A DNA stretch of 64,000 nucleotides, taken from assembly GCF_038025025.1 (NCBI RefSeq), contig NW_027117342.1:868001-932000 (forward strand), read 5' to 3'. The stretch comes from Phyllosticta citribraziliensis. Lineage: Eukaryota. The notes under the pieces are model-generated. The model was not told the DNA's origin. It saw only the letters and a list, made by a program, of their open reading frames with translations, and ran no database searches. Each line of letters starts with the position of its first letter. Within the stretch, counting starts at the first letter, position 1. This document shows, in pieces, positions 27,080-37,766 of this stretch. Both the position numbers and the translations under genes were made by a program.

Positions 27080-27565
27080 TGACTACGGCGCAGTGAGAAG
27101 GTTGAAGACTACGGTCAGGAGGCTTTTGTTGCTTGGGCAAGCAAGGCGTCTTTGGCGTCGGCTTTGTCGTTGAAAGATGGCTGGAAGGCATGGCCCATAG
27201 AGGCCGCTCACATTTTCGGAGGGTAATACCCATCTAACGTTGCTCTAATCAGGACTGCTTGCCCTCAGTAACGGTGAGCCTGAGTGAGCTGGGAGGACGA
27301 GCGACATCATCAGAATCTTAGGATGATGCATGGCAGCGGGAGAGGCAAAGATTTTGCTTCAACAAATTCACAGAGGGTCAAAGACATGAGAGAAAAGAGC
27401 ATATGCATTCAGCACAGAGACCGACAGATAGTCAAGTCGAGTAATGTAAAGACTAAGCACTTCCCGTTTCCTTCAACTGACAGGACTGCCGAAGAAGGCT
27501 GATGTTTCGCTGATGAGTATGAAAGTCCAGCCCTCAACCACTTTTGCTTCCTTGTCTGCGATCGA

Positions 27566-28260
27566 TCTCAACTCCTCCACATTCATACACTTTCGCCACC
27601 ATTGTCGCAAGACGTTCATCTATCCAAGCTACCAGATAACTGCAAGACCATCACGCGAATTTCCGACATGCTGAGTTGACAAACCACACGGCGCAAAGGG
27701 AGAGACAGGCAACGGGCAAGCAACGCGCCGATTCAACAAACCCCGCCATACCGCCCAAAGCAAGCAGAAGAATTAGACGCCAAAAACCAAGGCCAAGGTG
27801 CACAAAGTAAAAGAAAAAAAGGATGATCCCCCAGGATCTTCGACAGCCTGAACGAGTGAAGGCGTTAGACACGCTGGGAACCCACCCACCCAGGCTTTGT
27901 TGGAGAGAGCAGCCTCGGCTCTCATATGCTGTGCAACGAGGCGGAAGAGAAGGGGGCAGCGGCTGCAGGCGAGCTATCAGGCCAGCAGGAAACTGAAGAG
28001 TAAGGAAGAAGTTCAGGATATGAAATTGCGTCGGATTTTCCCGCAAGGGCCAGCAGGCGCGTGAAACGAGTGTGAGCCACTGACTCCCAGCAAAACCAAC
28101 CCACCCGGGCCTTGACGGTGGCAAGCGGCCCCGACTCGAAATGATGGTGCGGACGGAGGTCCTGTTGCGTCTTGTAGGCGGTGCGTTGTAGATTGAAGGG
28201 TGTAGATTGAGCGTTCTTAGATGAGGTTCGTAGATGTGCGGTGGAGAAGGAGAGTTGGAG
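27566..28260 (-). ncRNA. Candidate non-coding, structured transcript (class unknown)
   Basis: Promoter-like motif stack upstream (28278-28448), pyrimidine/CA-rich leader, no ATG-initiated ORF over 50 aa, nested complementary blocks; no family motif recognised. Confidence 0.35.
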
Positions 28261-28277
28261 AAAGGGGGAAGGCGAGC

Positions 28278-28448
28278 TTTTAAGCCTGCGAGGAGGTAGT
28301 GCTTGAGTCAGCGAATCGGCGAGTCGGAGGGTCCCTGGCCGTTGGTTTCTGGTGCTGTGGAGCGAAGATTTGGTCGAGGGGACGGAGTACGGAGGGCGAA
28401 GGGCGAAGGGACAAGGTGAAATTTTGGGTTAGGGCAGCGATCCATTGG
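28278..28448 (-). promoter_or_regulatory. Promoter-like module: CCAAT, Tbf1-type GCCCTAA, RRPE-like AAAATTTCA, TGACTCA, TTAAAA
   Basis: Read directly: ATTGG 28444-28448, GGGTTAGGG 28426-28434, TGAAATTTT 28417-28425, TGAGTCA 28304-28310, TTTTAA 28278-28283. Confidence 0.5.
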
Positions 28449-30050
28449 TTGATTGACACATCGGCCACACCTGAGACTCAACGAATGTGAGTAATGTAGA
28501 AACATTTCATAGAGTCTGCTGTCTCGCCGGTCCATATTTCTAGAAACAAAAGCACCTTATCAGAAGCAATATACACAGCTCAATGCTATCCACCATCGAA
28601 ATGACCTGATCATGAATCCCAGCATGATACGGAATTGGCGGAGTCTGGTTCCAAGTCTAATCTCTGACAAACCGGCAAACTAAACATGCACAGGTACAGC
28701 GGGACAAGAAGAGAAAATATTGGAGTGCGCAGCACCAAAAGAAAGCAGTGCACGAGGTTTACCATGTCATCGAGTTTGCTCCGTGTCATCGTCGGAGCGC
28801 ATATTGAAATGTAGGAAACCCAGGATAAACGTGAGGGGTCTATATAATCGATCCCAGCCGTTGCCACAGGCAAGCAGGCCGACGCGTGACTGTTCTCTTC
28901 CAACATACCGACAGTCTAGAGCTATCTCCCTGCTTGGGCAGTCTTCAAAAAGGCCCCGCTGCTACAGCGCTCTCACGACAAGTCGAAGTCGAAAATGAAA
29001 ATATTCAGGGGTAAGCACCGAAGGGGGCGCCGGTGGTCTGGCCGCCTATTTTGTTTCCTTCAGCGAAACTCAAAGGATGGGATTGTCATTCCTACGGAGA
29101 AATGTGAGCCAGCGACGTCCCATAATGGTGGTCTCACAGGGGCGAGCAACCCAGACGCGTGCGGTGACTGCGCCAAGAAAACACAAAAGAAGGCAAAAGC
29201 CAGTGATGCATGTTTTGTTATGGCACTGAAGCCGTCCAAGGAAACCAAGGAGGGCTGGAGCGAACTGAGGAGAGCAGTCTGCGGGACGGCGGAAGATCTT
29301 TTATACTACCCGGAAGTCAAGTCTGTCACATGCAGTCAGGGTCTTCGAACCTGCGAGAGGCGCACGGGGAAAGACTGAATCACGCGTGCAGAGCTTGACG
29401 GCCCGACAAGTGCATTTTGGCCTGTGAACGGAACCTCAAAAGAGCTGGCATATGTTAGTTGAATTAGCTACCCGCAGACAGGATATAGACGAGAAAAAGA
29501 CGGGTTGAGGCCCACGACTGCGACTCTCGAAATTTTTGAAGCGCAAGGCTGATAGAGTGTTGGCAGGTGTGCCTACATGGAACCTTGGCGTCATCGTCGC
29601 ATGTTGCTGCTGATCGAAATCAGGAAGTGAAACGGGTCCCGTCAGCAGATCGAAATGACGAGTACCTACCCATGCCGCTGAGGTGGAAGAAGTATTGGGG
29701 CAAGTGGGCAAAAGAAACAAGCCCGCTCATAGGGGATGTCGCAAAACAGATACAAAGTCGGCAAGTCCGTGACTTTTCTTTCGGGTTGTTTCTTGTTGTA
29801 TAGAGTTGTTGTCGCCGTGAGCATAGAGAAGAAAGGAGTGGCAGTGGGTGCTTTTATACCGAAGATTTAGGTACGAGCACATGCAAGCGGGAGCGTGTGG
29901 TCATTCAGTGTGTAGAAGATGCGACTGACTCTTCAAGCTTTTTGCTACAACTTTTGGCACCAGACCTCGCACCAGCCACAGTCCGCAGTCCGCAAACAAT
30001 CGTTATTCTTACCCTTCATATGAGCACCACCGTCTTACCATAATGTCTCT

Positions 30051-31735
30051 CTAGACGCTTCGGTCGTCCCCGCCCCTCACAGCCACCGACGGCCGCTTGT
30101 GCCCATCAACACTGGCATTGTCTTCGTGCTCGCTTTCAGAGAAAGATGGGGCTGAATTCTCAACTTGGGGACTGAAGGGCAAACAATTAGTGATAAGACA
30201 GCTGGTGGAGATACAGGAAATACTGACTCTGTTCTTTTGACATAAAGACGCAGCAGATGCGTCGAGATGATTAACAGAATGGCCGAGCCAAGGCAGAACG
30301 CGTAACCCTTAGGATACCTCGGAGCCTCGACGGTGGGCAATACCAGGAGAGGCGTCCAAGCCGTTGACGACTGAGCAATGGCGTTGATGAGGACTAACGT
30401 GAAGGACCTTTCAGCTGGCGAGGATCGCAGTTGGGTATTGACCCAGCCGTGAAAAACGCTCGACATGGCAGGCGAAGCGTAGGCGGTCGAGAAAGCGAAC
30501 CACTTGGCCGATTCAGGCACGTTCCAGATGACCAAGATGACCAAGCCGATAATATTCCAGGTGTGCGACATGGTAATGGCCCAGGCCGGACCAAGGACCA
30601 GATCCGAGGCGAAGCAAACAAACAAGGTGTAGAAGATACCCAGACCAGGCGCAATTGTGCCGAGTTCGTTCACCTTGGACTCGGAATACCGCTTGAGACT
30701 CTTAATCCAGAGCAGGAAAGCTCCCGAACTGGTATGGATGCCAGCGTTCCAGAAGAAGCAGTCGACAAGAACGATGGCCCAAAATTGCCGCGACAACAAC
30801 ACCCGTTTCATAGAGCTGAGCTTGAACTTGCCGTGTGAAGTATGACCGGCGCGCTTCAACCTCTCGACGGCTAGGTCGATGTTTTTCTTCTTGAGCACCA
30901 AGCGATTGGGCTGCTCTGGCGTTCCAGGGATGACGAAGTAGCCCAGAATACCGATCGGAATCGTGATGAGTGCGCAGATGATGTACATCCATCGCCAGCC
31001 GGCCAGTCCATGTACACCGTCAAGTCTTGCTGAAGCTCCAGCTTGAATGAAACCGGCAGTGAGCGTACCCAAGGAGAGGCCAACATAGAATATGCCACCG
31101 CGCCGGGCGATTTCGTGTCCGCGGTACCAGGATCCTGCTCGACGTTAGTCTGTGAATGAAAAAAGAGGAAACAGTCTTGGCTTACCAAACAGATAATGCA
31201 TGGCTGGGAAGAAGGCGGCCTAGAACAACAGTCAGTGACCAACACTGCTTCAACACGCTTGTATACTGACCTCGAACCAGCCAATTAGGAACCTGTATGC
31301 CGCCAATTCAGCGTATCCCGTAACGCGGTACTGGAGAAGGGTGAAAACACCCCATGCGACGTCGAGAAACGGAATCAACCAATGCATCGGGATGTACGTG
31401 AGCAGAAACATGACAGGAATCTGCCCCACAACAGCTCCGATAACATAGTAGGTCTGGAGTTGGACGAGCTCGTTGCCATTGAATCCAAGGTCCTCCTTGA
31501 GTCCCGCGACATAGGCGTTGTCTGTTCTCGTCAGCGACTGGAAACACAACGCTCAATTCTTCGCCTGCGAAACCTTACTGAGATTTGCTTGGTCAACGTA
31601 CTTGACCCAGTAGGACAGGACCGCGTAAGGCACAATCAGGAGGTCCAGCCGCAAGATGAGTCTTTTCTCCTCCGGCGTGTCGGTGTCGGCGAACCATTGG
31701 ATTTTCCACCACTTCCTGTGCGGTTGAACAGCCAT
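30051..31735 (-). CDS. MFS transporter, DAL5/ACS family (SEO1/FEN2/Liz1 pantothenate-type)
   Basis: EEKRLILRLDL..YVDQANL/NNAYVAGLKEDLGFNGNEL, RFLIGWFE, GSWYRGHEIARRG, GLAGWRWMYII, PTVEAPRYPKGY; multiple TM segments; four introns. Confidence 0.9.
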
Positions 31736-34700
31736 GATGGAATAGAAGGCAATCGCTAGCAAAAGCTAGCCAAACACGACGTCGGACTTCTCCAAGCTTT
31801 TAGTACTGCGGCTCATCCCACCCTGCAAAGTTGCGCCGCCATCGTCTTCGCACGCGATGCAGGGCCTGAGCCATCAATGGCCAAACCTGGCGAAGCGGAA
31901 CTTGGCGCTGGAGACGACCAAGGAAAAAAGACGGAGACTCATCTGTACTGCGTAGTGGGATCCGGCTTGAAGACCGACGGGGGGCGGCGTAAGGTAGTAG
32001 CAGAATGTTTGGGATGGCAATTGCACCATCACAGGGCCCATTGATGTGAGGGATGGGCTCATTGGCCCCACCAATGATTCCCCAACGTCCTTCTTTTCGT
32101 GCCCCACAACACCGCGGGTGTATTTCACGGGAATGCGCGAAGGAGATGGCGAAATGGGAGCAAGCCACGCTCAAAAGCTCAGAGTGACCCCTCCATCTGC
32201 GTGTAACGCGTTTGCGCACGTCTCTGACGTGCTTTCGGCGTCCGGCGCGGTGAAGGACATTTTGTCCGTCTTTGCGGGAATCAATCCCAGCCGATATGCG
32301 CTCTGCTCGAGAAAGAAAGCTTCGAGGAAGATTCAAGCGCGGGTTGTTGTTCACTGTTGTTTCTTGACGGCGGCTGAGGGCGGTTTGTATTTCTTCGCAC
32401 AGACCAGTCGCTTCTACGTTTAGCCACATCATCAGCCACCAGTCACCAGCCACCAGCCACGCCTTTCTACCACGACGCGACCCTCCAGCGTCGGCCGACT
32501 ATCTACCTTAACCACTATTCAGCAACAGCAACAGCACAAACGCAGGGATAGTCGCTAGTACCCACTTGTTGTCGCCCTCCTCTGGTCAAGGCGTTGTTGC
32601 TGCTGCGCCCACAGAGGAGACAGCTTACAGTGGCTTCTTTTATGCTCAAGAATCAGGCGTCGGCACGAGAAAAAGGAGCAGCCGACCTTGCAAGCCAATC
32701 GGGCAGGAGCCACGTGCTGAGAGACTACTCCAAGATTACTACCGAAAATTTGAAAAATGAGAGAAAAGCCTGCGTCCAAGCAAGAAGGAAAGGGCCAAGA
32801 AATCATGCCCCACAGACATCAGGCATTTGGCACTAATGTTGACTGATTCAACGGCATGATGAAGACCATTTCAGCGAAATGATGCAGATCTCTTGCTACT
32901 GAGAACAATTTTAAGAAGAAAGAGACAGGCCGGATCTGCCCTGTGAGGCACCACAAAGAAGAAAGAAGGAAAGTGCTCGAGGTCTTCCGTCATTGCTTCA
33001 CGCCAGCCAGTCGAAGCAGCGAGCACAACGAAGAGAGAGTTCCACGACAACGCCGCGTCTTTTATACCCAAAAAACACCCGTCCTTCACATGCCGGCCAA
33101 AGTCAATCTTCACGCGCAGACTCAAACCACAAGGAGCCGCAGTCCGCCTGACCAACCGCAGCACCCTCGTGCAAATGGCCTGAGCGCAGAGGGGAAGTAT
33201 AAATTCAACACCAATCCCACCCTGACAGAACTCTCCAAAGCAGCGCAGTCCTTCAGCAACCGCTTCATCAAGTAGGGTATACTGCTGTCTTGTCCTGCAT
33301 AAACAAGAATTCGACTCGTTGCTGTTTTGTTTTCTTTTTCGTTCTACGGTCGATCCGACACTGGTTCTAGTATCTTTCGCGGTTTGTCCAAGCTCCATCG
33401 TCATCACTTTCTACGCACTTCTTCAGCGCCACGGCGTTGTGATGTTTGCCGCCGTCGACGCGTATTGCCGCTTTACCTGACCCTGCGGCGCGCAGTGGAT
33501 GGAGACATGGCTGCGGCGAGGGGGCCCCGAACCACAACAGTAGACACTGGCGAGTTTACTGAAACTCCCACAGTGCAAAGGTTTTTGCATAGTTCTCAAG
33601 ACTCTTCGAGTCTGCACCCTGGAGTTGCACCGAGGAAGGACGGGCGGCAAGAGCAACGCCTTTTATACCCAGCAGACGCAGCGGCACATGGCGGAGCGCA
33701 CGGGAGTCGAAGAGCGCTGGAGCGGCATGTGAACGAGTGGCAGACAAGCATAAAAAGAGCGACTGTGGCCGCAGTTGATCAACACTCCAAGCACCAAAGA
33801 CGCCGAAAACGAAATGCGAGCTAACTCAGCAATTCACTTGTGCGCGTCGCTGCTCTTTCGTCGCTACTTTCGCGGAGCGCCCTGTGGCTCAGTCGACTTG
33901 CCTCTGTTTTATCCGCTTGTCTTGAGGATTTATCTGCCAAAGACTTCATCACCAGCGCTCTATGCTGCTGCACCAAGTCTTCTCGTGGTACCACCCTTTA
34001 CCATTTCCCCATTATATCTTGTCAGGATAGACGCGGAAATGGCAATTTCCGCGCTTCCTTTCCCGGACGGGGAAACAGTGTAGCGCGCAAGGATTGCAAA
34101 GCGAGACAAGACCCTCCTCAGTGGACAGTTGCATTCTCTGTTTCTGTTTCCCGAGACAGTTGGCGGACTGCGCTGTTGACGGCGAAGTACGAGGAGGTCG
34201 AGACGGTTTATATACTTTCGGCCTGTGGTCTGAGCGCTACCGGTACATGTGCCGGCTTAAAGGGCATATCATGTGCAGCGGGCTCATCCAGACGTCGACA
34301 TGGACGAAGAGAAAGGACTGTGTCGCACCAACTGCGCGGTAAGCTTTTCGCAGAACCGGCATCCAAGCCCACTGTTTCCCTCCATGGCACCACAGTGCTG
34401 CATGCCATCACCTCGACAAAATGCTCTTCTCTCACTAGATCTTCCAGAGGCTGGGAAAAGACACGACTTTGCTGAGCGCAACAGCGGCAAAGAAAACAAA
34501 AGCAAGTGTTGTGGCATCTGTGGCTGACAGTACCCAGTTAAATGTCAAGGGTTTATGCAGCCAGGCACTGGACCTGCACTGTGTTGACGACTTCTCAAGG
34601 GGAGCAGAAGAGCGAGTTTTATACCTCAGTCGTGGGGTCAGAGCGCCGCCTCACGGGCAGGCGAACCGAAGCAGAGGGAGGGCTGTCATGTGCGCTCCGC

Positions 34701-35640
34701 CAGCGCAGCGGCAGCAGCATAGGCAGCAGTGGTGGCCGCGTGAGCATGAAGTGAGCGTGATTCGACTCGATTTGGCCTGTGATTGTGCCTGTGCGCCTCG
34801 AGTCTACGGCGGAGGAGGAGGTATAAAAACCCTCCTTGCTGTCCTGTTTTCTTGTCTGCAACGAGCTGAGGCCGTGAACGGGTGGTTTCTTCGCCAATCG
34901 AACGAGATCGTGGATCACATAAATTTTACTTTTCTCTGCCGGTTCCGTCTTCCACGCCCAATGTCCCGCCCAGCGACCATATTCAGATCCACCCCTGAGC
35001 CTACCCAGCACCGCCCGCCGCACCACCCCATGATGCCAGCACCTCTCACCATCCCCCCAACAAGCTGCCTACCACCACAGCAAAACGCAGAGCCCCATCA
35101 CTCTGCTCTGCCATCCTCCTCTCCAGCAACCACGCGGCAGACCTGCGCAGAACCCGGCGGACAAGAAAAGTGCCGACGACGACAGAGGCACAGAGGAGAA
35201 ATTAGATGTGTGCATAGTAGATTTCCTCAGTAGTAAAGCCTTTCGAACACTTTGAGTACGTTGTGAGTCGAGCGCCGCATTGCAGTCGTCAAACCCGTCG
35301 GCGAGCAGGACTTTATAGCTGTGAGGTGGTGGAAGTGGTGATGCACGTGTCTGTGACTTCGCTGCTCGCGCGCATGTGGTGGTGGAACACGGGGGTAGTG
35401 CTGGCGCCTGGGTGGTGGGGGTGTGTGCGGAGGCACTTGATCGTGGAGTCACGGGCATGGGATAGGCAAAAGGGGACGTGACGTGTCTGTCACGCAGTGA
35501 GGACATGAAGGCGTGTCGTCAGATTGAAGTACTGGTGTGTTGATTCTCGATTATTTGGCGTCCGAATCTCTGACCAAAATTTCCGGTACTCGAGAGGCGC
35601 AAGGAACTCCCTGAGCGTAGCTACAACGGCTGGCGCATGA

Positions 35641-35805
35641 ATGAACGCTCCTAGAGCGCAGCAGTTACAGTGGATGAGCACTCCCTAAGCACACCAGTCA
35701 AACCGATCGAACGGTCCCTAAGTGCAGCAGTTGCAGTAAACGGACGCTCCCTAAGCGCAACAGTCATAGTAAATGAACTTTCCCTATATGCAGAAGCTGC
35801 ATTGC
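35641..35805 (+). repeat. Five degenerate 33-bp tandem units
   Basis: Units start at 35641, 35674, 35707, 35740, 35773; consensus ~ATGAACGCTCCCTAAGCGCAGCAGTTRCAGTAA. Confidence 0.85.
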
Positions 35806-36482
35806 CAGAAGGTCTGTCCCATTTCTTTCGACACTCACTGGAGACGAAGAGAGGAAAGCAAGCGGCAGTGCCATTGACCCATCAGCGAAGCTACAATAAT
35901 GAGTCAGCACAACGAGGAACGGAGCTACTGAAAGAAAGAAAGAAAAACCAAAGGAGCAGCGAAAGAATAGAAGAAGCAACAGGGAGTGGCGGTGTCAATT
36001 CCAACAGCCGAATCCATCCACCAAATCTTCGTCAATTCAAGCACGAATAATCGAACAAAAAGCGAGCGAGCGAAGAAGCGTCCTGGACAGCCTCTCCTCG
36101 TCTCGCTCAACACCGCATCTCCTCACGCCCACCGCGGACAAGCAAAGTAAGAGAACGAAAAGATCGATTGCGCCGCATCGCGACAAAGCGCCGGGTATAC
36201 ACACAGTCCACACACACACACACACAGACAGCACTTCCAAACACAACTCGCAAAAGGAGGAAAAACTCCAACCACCGGCACGCTGCTTGTGTCTTTTCTT
36301 TCTTGCTTGCTCGATCCTAGCCCAGTCCAGCTCAGCCAGCCAGCAGTCGCGATATTAGATAGTAGCGGTAGTAAGTAGTAAATGGTGGGTCGGTCGGTAT
36401 TTACAAAATCCGCATCTCTGGAAGTGCGGTTAAGGCGCGGTGTACGACGCCAATGCTTCCAAGCCACGGCAGCTGCCGTCGC

Positions 36483-37766
36483 TCACTGCTGTCGTAAAGG
36501 CAGATCGCTCCTCGAGCCTCCGCTGAGATGCTGAAAGGCCTCGGTACGGGGCGTCACGGCAGGTGGCTGCTGGTATTGCTCCGGCTGTTGATACTGCTCC
36601 GGCGGAGGATCGTACGCAGGACTCTTCATGGGGGCCATCGAGCCGCCCGGGCTGACCGGCTGGTAGTACTGCTGCTGCGGCTGCTGCTGCGGCTGCGGCG
36701 GATAAGTATGCATCTCCCACTGCTGCTTGCTCCAGTCGACATCGCCATCAGCCGTATAATGCACAGGGCTCTGGGGCGCGGCTGCGTAATGCGCAGCCCA
36801 CTGGCCATAAGGCGACGAGGGCGCGGCAGCGATACCACCGGGCGACATTTGCGGGGCGAAGCCGGGCGAGCGCTGGAATTGGCCTTGTTGCTGGGCCCAG
36901 TATGGGTCGACGGACATGTGGGATGCTTCCTCGGCGTAGGCTTTGGCTTCGGCGTCGATTTCGGCTTGCAGTTTGGCAATCGCGGCGTTGCGTTCGCGCT
37001 TTTCGGCTTGTTCTGCTTCGTATTGCTCGCGTTGGGCGGCGGTGGGGATTGCGGAGTGGATGGAGAGGATGACGTAGATGCAGAATAGGACACTGTTCCA
37101 ATTAGATTTATGACTTGTGAGAGCTGGGGAGACTAACAGAACCAGGACTGTCACTACAAATGCGCTTTTGGCTTGAAGACAGTATCCTTTCAGCGTGCTT
37201 GTACTGGCGATATCACAGCTTTCTTTGATATACCAGGGGAGTCCGGTCGAGGGGCGCCGTGGATCAAGCGTGTCGTGGCCGGTTTGGCCGTAGGCGCTGT
37301 ACGAGTATAGGGCGAGCAGGAAGCAGTGAACCAGCAGTGATAGCATTGGATAAAATGTGTTGAGGGTAATCATGGGGATTTTGCATATCAGGATGAATGT
37401 TTGGAGGACGGAGATGACCAGGTTGAAGTTGGTTAGACTGCAAAGGTCAGTGGAATATTCCTCGGCGGAGACGTAGGAGAATGCTCACTGTCCACTCCAC
37501 ACCAGAGGCGTCTTTACAGGTTTGTAGTTTGCCATGGCATAGAGAATCGCATTCGGCGCGCTGTTGTAGCCAAGATCTGCACCTTGTTGCCAAAGTTTGG
37601 TCCGGTAGGTGTTGGGATGAGCGATGCCGAACAAGGTCAGGACGGCGACGACGAGTGGGAATTCAATGGCCATGAGGATTAACATGGTCCTTTTCGTGCG
37701 CCAAGCAGGCGATACGAAGAGCTTCTTGGTGCGGCCAGAGACGGACGCCAAAAGATTCCTTGCCAT
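36483..37766 (-). CDS. Fungal membrane protein of unknown function (about 4 TM segments; Q/P/Y-rich C-terminal tail)
   Basis: Spliced ORF MARNLL...FGIAHPNTYRTKLWQQGADLGYNSAP...PLVWS/..GQTGHDTLDP...PWYIKESC...YCLQAKSAF; two introns. Confidence 0.8.

Noticed and set aside
27652..27665. GGAAATTCGCGTG resembling RNase P CR-I
   Set aside because: Imperfect match and no complementary CR-V (P4) partner found
31740..32500. TPP riboswitch or sulfur-regulator site upstream of the vitamin-type MFS gene
   Set aside because: No TPP aptamer core seen; only a single imperfect ATTGCACCAT
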